Positions 18,632 to 27,856 of a DNA stretch of 63,453 nucleotides are shown here, piece by piece (position 1 is the first letter of the stretch; every line of letters begins with the position of its first letter). Under the pieces are notes generated by a model, which was not told the DNA's origin, made no database searches, and worked only from the letters and a program-made list of their open reading frames with translations. Both the position numbers and the translations under genes were made by a program. The stretch lies in assembly GCA_049965555.1 (NCBI GenBank), contig JBMFWF010000003.1:1-63453 (forward strand). Reading direction: 5' to 3'. Source of the stretch: Candidatus Parvarchaeum sp. Its GTDB lineage: Archaea; Nanobdellota; Nanobdellia; Parvarchaeales; Parvarchaeaceae.

Positions 18632-20004
18632 TCTTCCGTCAGTTCTTCCAGGCTTTTATCCTTTGTTTCAGGTGCAAGGAATACTGTAAGCAAAAGACCT
18701 ATTAATCCTGCTATTGCGAAAAACAGTAAACCATAGCCCAAACCGTATAAAGCTACTATTGTAGGAAAGGTCGTTAAACCAAGTATAGCACCGATTCTGC
18801 TTATTGAAGTCCCCCAACCTTGGCCAGTGGCACGGATTGTTGTTGGGAAAAGTTCCTGTCCATACACGAAATCCGTGCTTCCCATACCCCATGACTGTGT
18901 TAGTTCAAATAGTATGTACATTGCTGCTATAACTGTGCCGGTTATTCCTACTGCAAATGCATCTTTTGGAGTGTGCATTGCTATTATTGCCAAGACTAAA
19001 AGAGAGATGAACATGCCTGCGAAACCAAGTATTGTCACTGCTTTTCTTCCCCATCTGTCTACAGTCAATATGCACATTACAGAACCTATTATAGCTACAG
19101 AGGAAAAGATTGCTGACCCTAAAATAGACAGACTATGACTTAATCCAAACAGCAGAAGAATAGTTGGGGTAAACAGCCCTATACCATAAAATGCAACATC
19201 ATAGAAGAACCACGCCAAACCAAAATAGATTGTATTCTTTATGTATTTCTTTTCGAATAATGTGAAAAATGAAACCTTATTGTATGTAGCCTTAAGAGCA
19301 TCTGATTTGCCAGCCACTATCTTTTCAGATTCCTTTGCCTTCTCTACCTGGCCGTTATTTGCCAGCCACCTGGCAGATTCCGGTACCTTTCTTCTAAGTA
19401 TAAGGACTATTATTGCGGGAATAATGCCTATTGCGAACATAACCCTCCAAGAATTAATGCCTAATGGGAGAAGAAGATAGCCCACTATAAATGCAAAAGC
19501 TGCGCCGACCCACCATGCCAGCCCATCGCTAGCCAAGAATTTCCCTCTGGATTTTTTTGGTGTTATCTCGGATATGATTGTGGCCCCGATTGCATAGTCT
19601 GCACCTATTGCTAAACCAAGTATCAATCTAAAGATGAAAAGAGACCAGAAATTAAATGACAAGCTTATTGCGGCAGTGAATACTATAAAGATGACCATAT
19701 CCCAAAGGTACATGAACTTCCTGCCCTTGAGATCCGTTATATAGCCTATTGACAATGCACCAAAAAGCATTCCTATGGTTGTAGAAGCAGCCATCAAACC
19801 CTTTCCCAGAGGAGTGGTGGCATAGCTGAAAGCGCTTATGGCAGTTATTATAGTCAAAGCAACTCCTATTATAGAGATGTCATATCCATCCAGAAAAGTA
19901 CCTGCAACGGAAAGCAAGGTTATTCTATAGTGGTTTGAATTTGTTTTAGCGTTATCTAAGGCAGAATAAGAAACGGTCTTCACAGCCTTCTGCTTCTTCT
20001 GCAT
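18628..20004 (-). CDS. MFS transporter, sugar porter family
   Basis: FLDGYD, TDLKGRK, GADY, PES.RWL, VDRWGRK, ELFPT.IR, PETK.KSLEE. Confidence 0.92.
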   Translation of the reverse strand: MQKKQKAVKTVSYSALDNAKTNSNHYRITLLSVAGTFLDGYDISIIGVALTIITAISAFSYATTPLGKGLMAASTTIGMLFGALSIGYITDLKGRKFMYLWDMVIFIVFTAAISLSFNFWSLFIFRLILGLAIGADYAIGATIISEITPKKSRGKFLASDGLAWWVGAAFAFIVGYLLLPLGINSWRVMFAIGIIPAIIVLILRRKVPESARWLANNGQVEKAKESEKIVAGKSDALKATYNKVSFFTLFEKKYIKNTIYFGLAWFFYDVAFYGIGLFTPTILLLFGLSHSLSILGSAIFSSVAIIGSVMCILTVDRWGRKAVTILGFAGMFISLLVLAIIAMHTPKDAFAVGITGTVIAAMYILFELTQSWGMGSTDFVYGQELFPTTIRATGQGWGTSISRIGAILGLTTFPTIVALYGLGYGLLFFAIAGLIGLLLTVFLAPETKDKSLEELTEE

Positions 20005-20132
20005 AGTTTTTATTTGTTTTTAGCGTATTTAAAGTTTTTCTTTTAACTGCAAAAAGCAAAATAGGATTATTTACTTTTTTTCTAGAAGAATAGAATAAAA
20101 AGACATAAAAAGAAATGCGGCAATATAATTGA

Positions 20133-20498
20133 ATGGAGCAGACAGATTTGACAAGAAATGTAGTAGAACTTAGAGAATCTTTGAAGATATTCGACCAAAG
20201 GATTTCGCAGCTCAAAGATACTATCAAGATGGTTGACCAGAATAATTTGGAGAAATATAAAGAGATAAAGGTTGCATTGCAGGAGATCAACAACGAGCTG
20301 TCAAGCAGCAAAACCAAAATCTTTGAGCTTGATGATGCTTTGAATAGATTGGAAAGGCAGTCTGAAACGTATGCCAAGGCGCAGGATATAAAAGTCATAG
20401 AAAAATACCTTAGCTTTATAGATCCTTCAAGGTTTTTAAATAAAGAAGACGTTATTAAAATTGTAAACGACTACATGAACAGTAAAAAATGGAGTTAA
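20133..20498 (+). CDS. Coiled-coil hypothetical protein
   Basis: Heptad pattern; C-terminal EKYLSFIDPSRF. Confidence 0.75.
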   Translation: MEQTDLTRNVVELRESLKIFDQRISQLKDTIKMVDQNNLEKYKEIKVALQEINNELSSSKTKIFELDDALNRLERQSETYAKAQDIKVIEKYLSFIDPSRFLNKEDVIKIVNDYMNSKKWS

Positions 20499-21142
20499 AT
20501 ATGAACTTAATGAATGCATTCAAGAAAAAAGATGATAATGAAACGCCTGACATAAGTTCTATGCTCAACAACGGAATGAGCCAGCAGGACATAATAGACA
20601 GCTTAAGACAGCAGGGATATGACAGCACCACAATCAAAAATGCGCTCGTAAACGCGCTTAAAAGCAATCCAACAAAGCAGGCTTCTCAGCAGCCAATGCA
20701 ACAGATGCAGGAAGAGCCTATTCAAAGAATTCAAAACATAACGCAGCCGGCCGTACAGGAAAGCAGGCAGTCTTACGAAAGCAGTCCTTCAATGAGCAAT
20801 CAAAACCTTGAAAGCATACAGCAGATACTCGAGCAGATAATCAATGAAAAGTGGAAAAGTTCCGCCTCGGAACTGAATTCATTAAGGTCTAGCGTAAATA
20901 TAAACACAAATTCTATAGAGAACATAAAGGATAATTTGGAAAAGTTAAGCCAGAGGATAGACAGCATACAGAACACTATGATAGGAAAGACTGAAGAATA
21001 CAATAAAACTATCTCTGACGTTAATGTAGAATTGCAGGCCTTTGAGAAGGTGATAGACAGATTGATACCTGCGATAAGCGACAGCATAAAAGAACTCAGA
21101 GACTTGATTGACGATTTAAAAAAAGAAAAACAGACAGAGTAG
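20489..21142 (+). CDS. Hypothetical protein: small helical domain, Q/P linker, coiled coil
   Basis: GMSQQDIIDSLRQQGY, Q-rich linker, IEQIINEKW-like coiled coil. Confidence 0.75.
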   Translation: MELNMNLMNAFKKKDDNETPDISSMLNNGMSQQDIIDSLRQQGYDSTTIKNALVNALKSNPTKQASQQPMQQMQEEPIQRIQNITQPAVQESRQSYESSPSMSNQNLESIQQILEQIINEKWKSSASELNSLRSSVNINTNSIENIKDNLEKLSQRIDSIQNTMIGKTEEYNKTISDVNVELQAFEKVIDRLIPAISDSIKELRDLIDDLKKEKQTE

Positions 21143-21202
21143 CGAATAATGCTTTTTCTGCACATTTTAACGTTTAAATACTACTTGTATTCTTTGAAAA
21201 TT

Positions 21203-21916
21203 GTGGAATACAAAAAGGATTTAAAAAATTTTAAAGACTTAGATGACTTGCTGGGAGAGGATTACATATATGGAAATTACGATTTAAGCAAAGCCATACT
21301 AGAAAAAACCGCTAGTCTGCTAGTTAAAAACTCCGTAACAATACTGAATAAACCATTCAAATATGTATATTTAGTGCACAATGAAAAGCTAGAAAAGAAG
21401 ATTCAAGGCATAAATAAATTTATTGATAATCTAAAAGCTGATTCATTGGGGTACCTGTGCTTATTGATCGGCAGGGATTTTTACATGCTTAATTCAAACA
21501 ATTATGACATGTCTGTGGTTACCAAGGAGCTAAAAAACGAGGGATTGATTTACTTTTGGGACCACAAAGAATTAAATGACAAAGAAATAGATTTCATCGA
21601 GAACATAAAGGAAGATAAAGAATTAAAGAAAGAAAGATTAAATCGCGTATTAGAATTAAATAAGATGGCAGATTCTGATTACCTTGCGTATCAGATAAAG
21701 AAAAGATCCGAGGCCTTTTTAAACGAAGAAGAACTGTCAAATGTATACAAGAAATTCAGTGAGAAGCCCTTATTTATAATGGATAAAAAAGAGATATACT
21801 CAATTGAATACAAAGACAATGTGGCCCAGTTATCAAAGCACAATGCCAATGACGACAAATACAGTTTAATGATTGGAATGATAAACAGCAAATACAACGA
21901 CAACATGTATGAGTAA
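21203..21916 (+). CDS. Hypothetical protein (N-terminal LDDLL, C-terminal MYE)
   Basis: GTG 21203 preferred because TTTAAATA lies 30 nt upstream. Confidence 0.7.
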   Translation: MEYKKDLKNFKDLDDLLGEDYIYGNYDLSKAILEKTASLLVKNSVTILNKPFKYVYLVHNEKLEKKIQGINKFIDNLKADSLGYLCLLIGRDFYMLNSNNYDMSVVTKELKNEGLIYFWDHKELNDKEIDFIENIKEDKELKKERLNRVLELNKMADSDYLAYQIKKRSEAFLNEEELSNVYKKFSEKPLFIMDKKEIYSIEYKDNVAQLSKHNANDDKYSLMIGMINSKYNDNMYE

Positions 21917-22730
21917 TAAAAATCTTGATGAGATAATAAACGAAGATGAAGAAAGCCTATATGATAACAAACTTTCGGATATTTTCCAGCTTTCTGCAAA
22001 TATAAAGAGCAAATCAAGATTGATAAGGCAGGAGTTTGGGATAAATGACTATTATGTATGCATGGCGGATAAAAATATAGTCAAAGACATAAGATCATTA
22101 GAAGACTTTTTGCTTGAGGCGCTTTACTTTGCTCTTAAAAGGCCGTTGGTTTTAATTTATAATGAAGAAGCCTTTTGCCTTAGACAAAAATTCGATGGGT
22201 TGGAGGCAAGCTACTTTTTTGATCCAGTTAAGGCGTCAAAAAAAGAATTGACAAAACTAGAAGAACTGTACAAAAAAGGCGAAATCCCAGATGTTAACGA
22301 TGACAGAAAATTCTCTGAAATGTACAGGATTTCATCTGAAATAAAAGAAAAAAGTTTTAATGTCTACCTTGAAGACGAAGGTTTTTCCTTTTATATTACA
22401 GATACTTCTGCTCTCGGCAAAAACGCAGAAAAAATACTGAATTATATATCCAATCTTAATAAAACTGACCTTGAAAGATTCTCCAATATAACAAGCCTTT
22501 TCTCCATAATAGACACGGAAAAAAAGAAAAGATATGCAATACTTAGCTATAACGAAGGCAATGCTCCTAGGATTAAATTCAGTGGGACGGCTGACAGTGA
22601 AGAGGAGTATGCAGGACTAAACAAAATACTTGAAATCGCAAAGGAAAGCGGGCAGAAATTCTTGAGCATAAGCAAAAACACTAATAATTATTCGCCAAAA
22701 GATGACGCCCCATCAGACATGTATCAGTGA
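21909..22730 (+). CDS. Hypothetical protein (N-terminal LDEII, C-terminal MYQ)
   Basis: 273-aa ORF overlapping the preceding gene by 8 nt. Confidence 0.75.
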   Translation: MSNKNLDEIINEDEESLYDNKLSDIFQLSANIKSKSRLIRQEFGINDYYVCMADKNIVKDIRSLEDFLLEALYFALKRPLVLIYNEEAFCLRQKFDGLEASYFFDPVKASKKELTKLEELYKKGEIPDVNDDRKFSEMYRISSEIKEKSFNVYLEDEGFSFYITDTSALGKNAEKILNYISNLNKTDLERFSNITSLFSIIDTEKKKRYAILSYNEGNAPRIKFSGTADSEEEYAGLNKILEIAKESGQKFLSISKNTNNYSPKDDAPSDMYQ

Positions 22731-24020
22731 TTAAGGTATAAGCCTGTCAGGAGTTCTTGGCAAAAGCGTTGCCTCGGCCACATTTTCCAGGTTAAGCATC
22801 TGCTTCACTATTCTTTCTAAACCAGTTCCTGAACCGCCGTGCGGAGGAACTCCGTACCTGAAAAAGTCTGTATAGAATTTGAACTTTTCCGGATCCAAAT
22901 TCTTTTCCTTTAATTGTTTTATAAGAACGTCATACCTGTGTTCCCTCTGCGCTAGCGTAGTTATCTCCAGTCCTTTGTATATCAGATCTGCCCTATTTGT
23001 AACTTCCTCATTGCCCTCTTTTTTCATGTGATAGAATTGTGCAATCGACCAAGGGAATTCTGTCAAAAAGAAAAAGTCGCTGCCGTATTTTTCCTTTACA
23101 TACTGGCCCATTATCCGTTCTCCTTCTGGATCAATGTCGCCATCCTCTTTTAGCTTGTTTCCATACTTATTCAGTATCTCTCCCGCTTCCTTTATTGTTA
23201 TCCTTGGAAATGGAGTTTTCAATTCTCCCAATTCTATGCCGTAAAGCTCCAAATCTTTTTTATTCTTTTCCTTTACTTCCTTGAATATTCTTAACATCAA
23301 ATTTTCCATTACGGTCATTACTTCCTCGTATGAAGTTATGAAGCTCATCTCCAGATCCACGCTTGTGTACTCTGTCAAATGCCTCGTTGTGTGGTGGGGC
23401 TCTGCCCTGAACACTGGCCCTATCTCAAATACTTTTTCAAAACCGGCAGCCATCATCATCTGCTTGTAGAACTGGGGCGACTGTGCAAGAAAAGCAGTCT
23501 TGTCAAAGTAAAGGACCTGAAAAACGTTTGCTCCTCCCTCTGTTGCCTGCGATATTATCTTTGAGGAGTGTATCTGGTAAAAACCATTGTCCTCGAAAAA
23601 CTTGATTATTGCATTGCTTACAGTGCTTTGTATCTTAAAGATAGCGGCTGTTTTAGGCTTCCTTAAACTTAAAAACCTATAGTCAAGCTCCTTGTCTAAT
23701 GAAGACTGCACCTTTTCGCTTAAATTCAACGGAACGGGCTGCTCTGCTACTGTAAGTATTTCCAGCTTTTTAGGTATTACCTCGTAGCCGTTCACTGCTT
23801 TTTCATTCTCTTTCTTTTCGCCTGTAACCTCGATTACCGACTCGGATTTTATTTCTCCAAGCTTTTCGAATAATTCTGGATTTGAATTTTTTGAAACGGT
23901 TACCTGGTATTTTCCGTTTATGTCCCTGAGGGTTATAAATGCCAGCCCTCCCAAGTTCCTTACGTTCTCAGCCCATCCTTTTATCTTCACATCTCCATTT
24001 TCATTGATTATCATAAACAT
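22731..24020 (-). CDS. aspS: Aspartyl-tRNA synthetase, archaeal-type (no GAD insert)
   Basis: OB anticodon domain, LAQSPQFYKQ, FRAE...RHLTE, GVPPHGG.G.GLER; 429 aa. Confidence 0.92.
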   Translation of the reverse strand: MFMIINENGDVKIKGWAENVRNLGGLAFITLRDINGKYQVTVSKNSNPELFEKLGEIKSESVIEVTGEKKENEKAVNGYEVIPKKLEILTVAEQPVPLNLSEKVQSSLDKELDYRFLSLRKPKTAAIFKIQSTVSNAIIKFFEDNGFYQIHSSKIISQATEGGANVFQVLYFDKTAFLAQSPQFYKQMMMAAGFEKVFEIGPVFRAEPHHTTRHLTEYTSVDLEMSFITSYEEVMTVMENLMLRIFKEVKEKNKKDLELYGIELGELKTPFPRITIKEAGEILNKYGNKLKEDGDIDPEGERIMGQYVKEKYGSDFFFLTEFPWSIAQFYHMKKEGNEEVTNRADLIYKGLEITTLAQREHRYDVLIKQLKEKNLDPEKFKFYTDFFRYGVPPHGGSGTGLERIVKQMLNLENVAEATLLPRTPDRLIP

Positions 24021-24139
24021 TCCAATACTTTTACCTTAATAAGTATTGCTATACAAATTACAATTTAATAAATTTTATTGCAAAATCATTACTTACATAA
24101 ACCTTAAACATCCTATTTTAGCTTTACGAATAATTTTAA

Positions 24140-24446
24140 CTAATCCGCCGAGAATTCCCCTTCCTTAAGACGGGAGATGAAAGACAGTAAGGAAAAGTAT
24201 TTACCGAAGAAATGATAAAACAAAAAATATGCGTAATTACAAATTCAGGCCGTATCCAAATAAAGTAGTAAAGGCAGAATTGAATAAGCAATTAGATTTA
24301 TACCGATGGACTTACAATAAGCTTCTAGAAGAACTGAATGAAGCGAAAGAGAAGCTCGCAGAGTCAAGACCTCTGCAGCAGAGAAAACTGTTGCAAGTCA
24401 AGGTATTGAAGCGAGAAGCCCCGTGCAAAAGCGTGGGGTAGTTCAC
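24140..24446 (+). mobile_element. Internally deleted IS200/IS605-family (tnpB) element, MITE-like
   Basis: Left subterminal hairpin about 24155-24177; right hairpin CCCCGTGC-AAAA-GCGTGGGG then TAGTTCAC; candidate target TTTAA at 24135-24139; left boundary uncertain. Confidence 0.8.
24229..24441 (+). pseudogene. tnpB: tnpB remnant (N-terminal HTH joined to the extreme C-terminus)
   Basis: YKFRPYPN...YRWTYNKLL fused to E.RPL...QV...KREAP; RuvC core missing. Confidence 0.8.
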
Positions 24447-24453
24447 GATAAGT

Positions 24454-25341
24454 ATGGAAGAAACTTTAGAAGGCGCAAGGCTACATACTGCAGAGCATGT
24501 TTTCGCAAGGGCCCTGCAGGAACTTGGACTAAACATCCATGTAAGGAAGGCAGATACATACAGACAGGATAACGTAGGAAAGGCCTATTTAAAGGAGATA
24601 ATTCCCTTCGAGAAAGTAATGGAAGCTGAAAAAGCTGTCAATTCGAAAATAATGGAAGAGCTTTCAGTAACTGAGGAAAATTTTGAAAATCTAGAGGCCG
24701 CAATGAAAAAGAATCCGAAACTAAGGTTCAATGAAGACAGACTTGACAAAGAAAATCAGGTAAGGGTAATAACCATAGGCCAGTACGATTTTTCGGCATG
24801 CAAACACAGGCATGTAAAAAACACTAGAGAGATAATAGCGTTTTCTGTAAAACGCATTTCATATCTAGGCGGTGAAACTGAGATAGAATTTTTGGCAGGA
24901 AATGCTGCTTTGCTTTATCTTTTGCAGATAAAAAATCAGGTTTTGGGGGCAGCAATGGAAAGGCATTTTGTTCCAGAAATGCTTTCGGAGTACATAAAAA
25001 ATGAAAACCAAAGGATGATTGAAATTGAAAAAGAGGAAAAAGAGATTCTGTATAAACTTTTGGAAAACAGCTCTAAACTGATAACCTTAAAGAACGTAAA
25101 AATTTCTAAATTTTATGGGGAGCTTAATTACTTCATAAAAACACATGCAGAAAGATGCATAGCAATAACTAACGGCCAACAAATAACTATTATGAAGGGA
25201 AAGAATTGTAAAGTCGATCTTTTAAATATTGGGGAAAGATTGAAATCACTGGGTTTCAATGGCAGCATCAATGAAAGTTCAATAAACGGAAAGGCAGATG
25301 AAAAAATAGCAGAAGAGATTGATAAACTGTGGAAAGCCTGA
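24454..25341 (+). CDS. AlaX-like aminoacyl-tRNA editing protein
   Basis: Zn ligands HTAEH and CKHRH; VRVITIG.YD.SAC. Confidence 0.8.
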   Translation: MEETLEGARLHTAEHVFARALQELGLNIHVRKADTYRQDNVGKAYLKEIIPFEKVMEAEKAVNSKIMEELSVTEENFENLEAAMKKNPKLRFNEDRLDKENQVRVITIGQYDFSACKHRHVKNTREIIAFSVKRISYLGGETEIEFLAGNAALLYLLQIKNQVLGAAMERHFVPEMLSEYIKNENQRMIEIEKEEKEILYKLLENSSKLITLKNVKISKFYGELNYFIKTHAERCIAITNGQQITIMKGKNCKVDLLNIGERLKSLGFNGSINESSINGKADEKIAEEIDKLWKA

Positions 25342-25898
25342 ATGCTATTTCAAAAGAAATAGAAAAATGCACCCTCTGTGATCTATGCCTAAAAAGGAAG
25401 AATACTGTGCCGGGAGAAGGGAACGAAAAGGCAGAGGTGGTAATAATCGGGGAAGCCCCTGGTAAAAACGAAGACCTGCAAGGAAGGCCGTTTATAGGCA
25501 TGTCTGGAAACTTTCTTTCAAAGGCTTTGAAGAGCATTGGAGTAGATAGATCGACGGTTTTCATAACAAATGCCGTGAAGTGCAGGCCTCCAAACAATAG
25601 GAAGCCAAGCAAAAAAGAGATAGCTACTTGCAGGCCCTATTTAGTAAGGCAGCTTTCCGTAATACAACCAAAATTGATCCTTGCGTTGGGAACGTCAGCG
25701 GCCTCTTCTCTTGGCATTGATTTCAAGCATTTAAGCGAGGTAAAAAGCAAATTTATTGAAATTGAGCTCGACAGCAAACATTTCAAATGCCTGGTTACCT
25801 TCCATCCATCCTTCCCCATGCGATTCCCCTCTGCAAGAGAATCGTTTTTAGCGGATCTTTCGATGGCCTTTAATTCATACAAAAATTTATCTACATAA
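25329..25898 (+). CDS. udg: Uracil-DNA glycosylase family 4 (4Fe-4S)
   Basis: CxxCxL, IIGEAPG..ED..GRPF.G, TNAVKCRPP.NR.P, TFHPS. Confidence 0.93.
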   Translation: MESLNAISKEIEKCTLCDLCLKRKNTVPGEGNEKAEVVIIGEAPGKNEDLQGRPFIGMSGNFLSKALKSIGVDRSTVFITNAVKCRPPNNRKPSKKEIATCRPYLVRQLSVIQPKLILALGTSAASSLGIDFKHLSEVKSKFIEIELDSKHFKCLVTFHPSFPMRFPSARESFLADLSMAFNSYKNLST

Positions 25899-25940
25899 TA
25901 ATAGTAAAGTATTTATATACCTGGCATCATAGTATAATGT

Positions 25941-26927
25941 ATGAAAGCAGCTAAAAATCCGAATGAAAACGATCAGAAAAAACAGGCGCAGCAGCCTAAT
26001 GAACAAGCACAGAAATCTAATGCAAAAAAGACTTTAGAGGACATAGTACTCGAAAATGGAGATTACTACAATGCATTGAATGCATTTGTAACAAACGTAA
26101 AAAGATTCGAGAACAATAAATATGATAACTTTCCAGAATTCAACAAAAACTTCGTCGCAAGCCTTGTAAATTACCTCCAGCACACGCCATTAAAAGATGA
26201 TTCGAAGATGATGAACGGCTACTTGATGGGCTTAAATTCGCTTTTGACTAATGATTCGGTAGGGATGGACAAGAAAAAGGACTACATACAGAAGGCGATA
26301 AACCAAGCTATGCCTTTGCTATCGGCAGAATACAATAAGATAAAAGGCAGTTTATCCCAAGAGCATTACCATAATATGGTCCAGGGCGCATTAAATGATC
26401 CGATGATAATGTTCAGCCCGTTTACGAACAACCTTAAGCAGGAATTAGGCAAAAATGATGTGTACGGCAGGAATATAAAGTTGAATCAGTTGGCAAAGGA
26501 AATGGAAAACGACTATAAAAAGGATAACTTTTCAAAGCTTGGAGAATACTTTGAAAAGATACCTTACAACAAGGAAGCCTTCAAGAAGTTAAATCTTAAG
26601 GATGAAGAGATAGATAAAATGATGAACGATGCAAACAAGATATTCAAAGATCTGTCTTCAAGCTTAAAAGAAGAAGACCAAAAAAGACTCATGGCTTCTA
26701 TGATGAACATATTGGCAGATGAAAGCAGCAAGCAATTTTCCAACTTGGACAAATCATACTCGGTTAATGCTTTCAATAATTCAAACGCAGATGCTACAAC
26801 TGGTTTATATCTTGCTTTGAATGCAGCTAAGGGCACTACTCAAGAATATGGCAAAGTTAACCCCAAAGACATAGCTAATATGTTGGGCGCAGGGCCGTAC
26901 GGTATGGGCCCCGGAATGTTTAGTTAA
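25941..26927 (+). CDS. Hypothetical helical protein (LEDIV motif, C-terminal GMFS)
   Basis: 328-aa ORF; TTTATATA about 30 nt upstream. Confidence 0.78.
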   Translation: MKAAKNPNENDQKKQAQQPNEQAQKSNAKKTLEDIVLENGDYYNALNAFVTNVKRFENNKYDNFPEFNKNFVASLVNYLQHTPLKDDSKMMNGYLMGLNSLLTNDSVGMDKKKDYIQKAINQAMPLLSAEYNKIKGSLSQEHYHNMVQGALNDPMIMFSPFTNNLKQELGKNDVYGRNIKLNQLAKEMENDYKKDNFSKLGEYFEKIPYNKEAFKKLNLKDEEIDKMMNDANKIFKDLSSSLKEEDQKRLMASMMNILADESSKQFSNLDKSYSVNAFNNSNADATTGLYLALNAAKGTTQEYGKVNPKDIANMLGAGPYGMGPGMFS

Positions 26928-26930
26928 TTA

Positions 26931-26937
26931 GGAGGTG
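26931..26937 (+). promoter_or_regulatory. Shine-Dalgarno GGAGGTG
   Basis: Lies between the stop at 26927 and ATG 26942. Confidence 0.7.
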
Positions 26938-26941
26938 TTGT

Positions 26942-27856
26942 ATGGAAGTAGTAGGATTTTTTTCCGGAGTTGGTTACAAAGAAAAGAATAGCAGTAAACT
27001 AATACGGCCTTTAAATACGGCAGCCGGCCAAACTACTAATTACAGTTTGATAGATACTAATGGCCCTGACGCAATAGAAAAGAGCTTTGATTATAACAAG
27101 TGGAATGATAACAGAAAGTACAACCTGCAGAATTTCACTGGCTCGCTGCAAAGGGAGATGGGAACTGGCAATATAGCCGATTTGATGGCTTATAATGAGA
27201 TTGCTAAGGTGCAAGTAGCAGCAGAGATGCCCGGTGCGAAGGTAGTTGGTTTAGAAGACAAACTTTCGGAGATAAGAAGATTAAATCAATTGGAGCAGGG
27301 AGGACTGGAACCGCATAAGAATCTGGGCCCATTCAAGCTTTTAAGGTATGAGATTGTAAATGCGGGTGCATTGAAAACATATGACAGCAATGGAAATCCA
27401 AAGATACAAAAGATGTTTAGACTCAAAATAGAATATGGTTACAGGATAATAGATAAAAAGAAAGCCTATCACCAAAACATGCATGATTTAGCATTAAAAT
27501 TGTTACAAAATGCAGCAAATAAAAGAATACATTTCGGCAATTTAGACAGAAGATGGTTTAATGACAGTGTTTATGCTGATGACCTTATGGTAGAATTTCT
27601 TTCTCCATATAGATGGGGCGGGAGCTATGATTACAGGAATATTAACTTAAGAGATAACAGTTCTCTGAAAAGACACGGAATCGCTTACAAAACTTTAGAT
27701 GGGATATTCGGAGGAGTATTAAAAGGACTTGTAGTTGGCCCGAGGGTAAGCCTAGTTTCCACAAAACCTATGACAGAAGAAAGAGTGAGAGACTTAATGA
27801 GCATACTTGATCTTAAAGGAGCTTATAGCATAGAAAAGGAGGAGGAAAACAATTGA
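26942..27856 (+). CDS. Hypothetical protein
   Basis: 304-aa ORF with strong SD; no recognised family. Confidence 0.78.
   Translation: MEVVGFFSGVGYKEKNSSKLIRPLNTAAGQTTNYSLIDTNGPDAIEKSFDYNKWNDNRKYNLQNFTGSLQREMGTGNIADLMAYNEIAKVQVAAEMPGAKVVGLEDKLSEIRRLNQLEQGGLEPHKNLGPFKLLRYEIVNAGALKTYDSNGNPKIQKMFRLKIEYGYRIIDKKKAYHQNMHDLALKLLQNAANKRIHFGNLDRRWFNDSVYADDLMVEFLSPYRWGGSYDYRNINLRDNSSLKRHGIAYKTLDGIFGGVLKGLVVGPRVSLVSTKPMTEERVRDLMSILDLKGAYSIEKEEENN

Noticed and set aside
22731-24020. AsnRS identity for the 429-aa synthetase
   Set aside because: QSPQFYKQ is the AspRS signature; AsnRS typically has [VQ]S[GA]QLYLE-type residues there.
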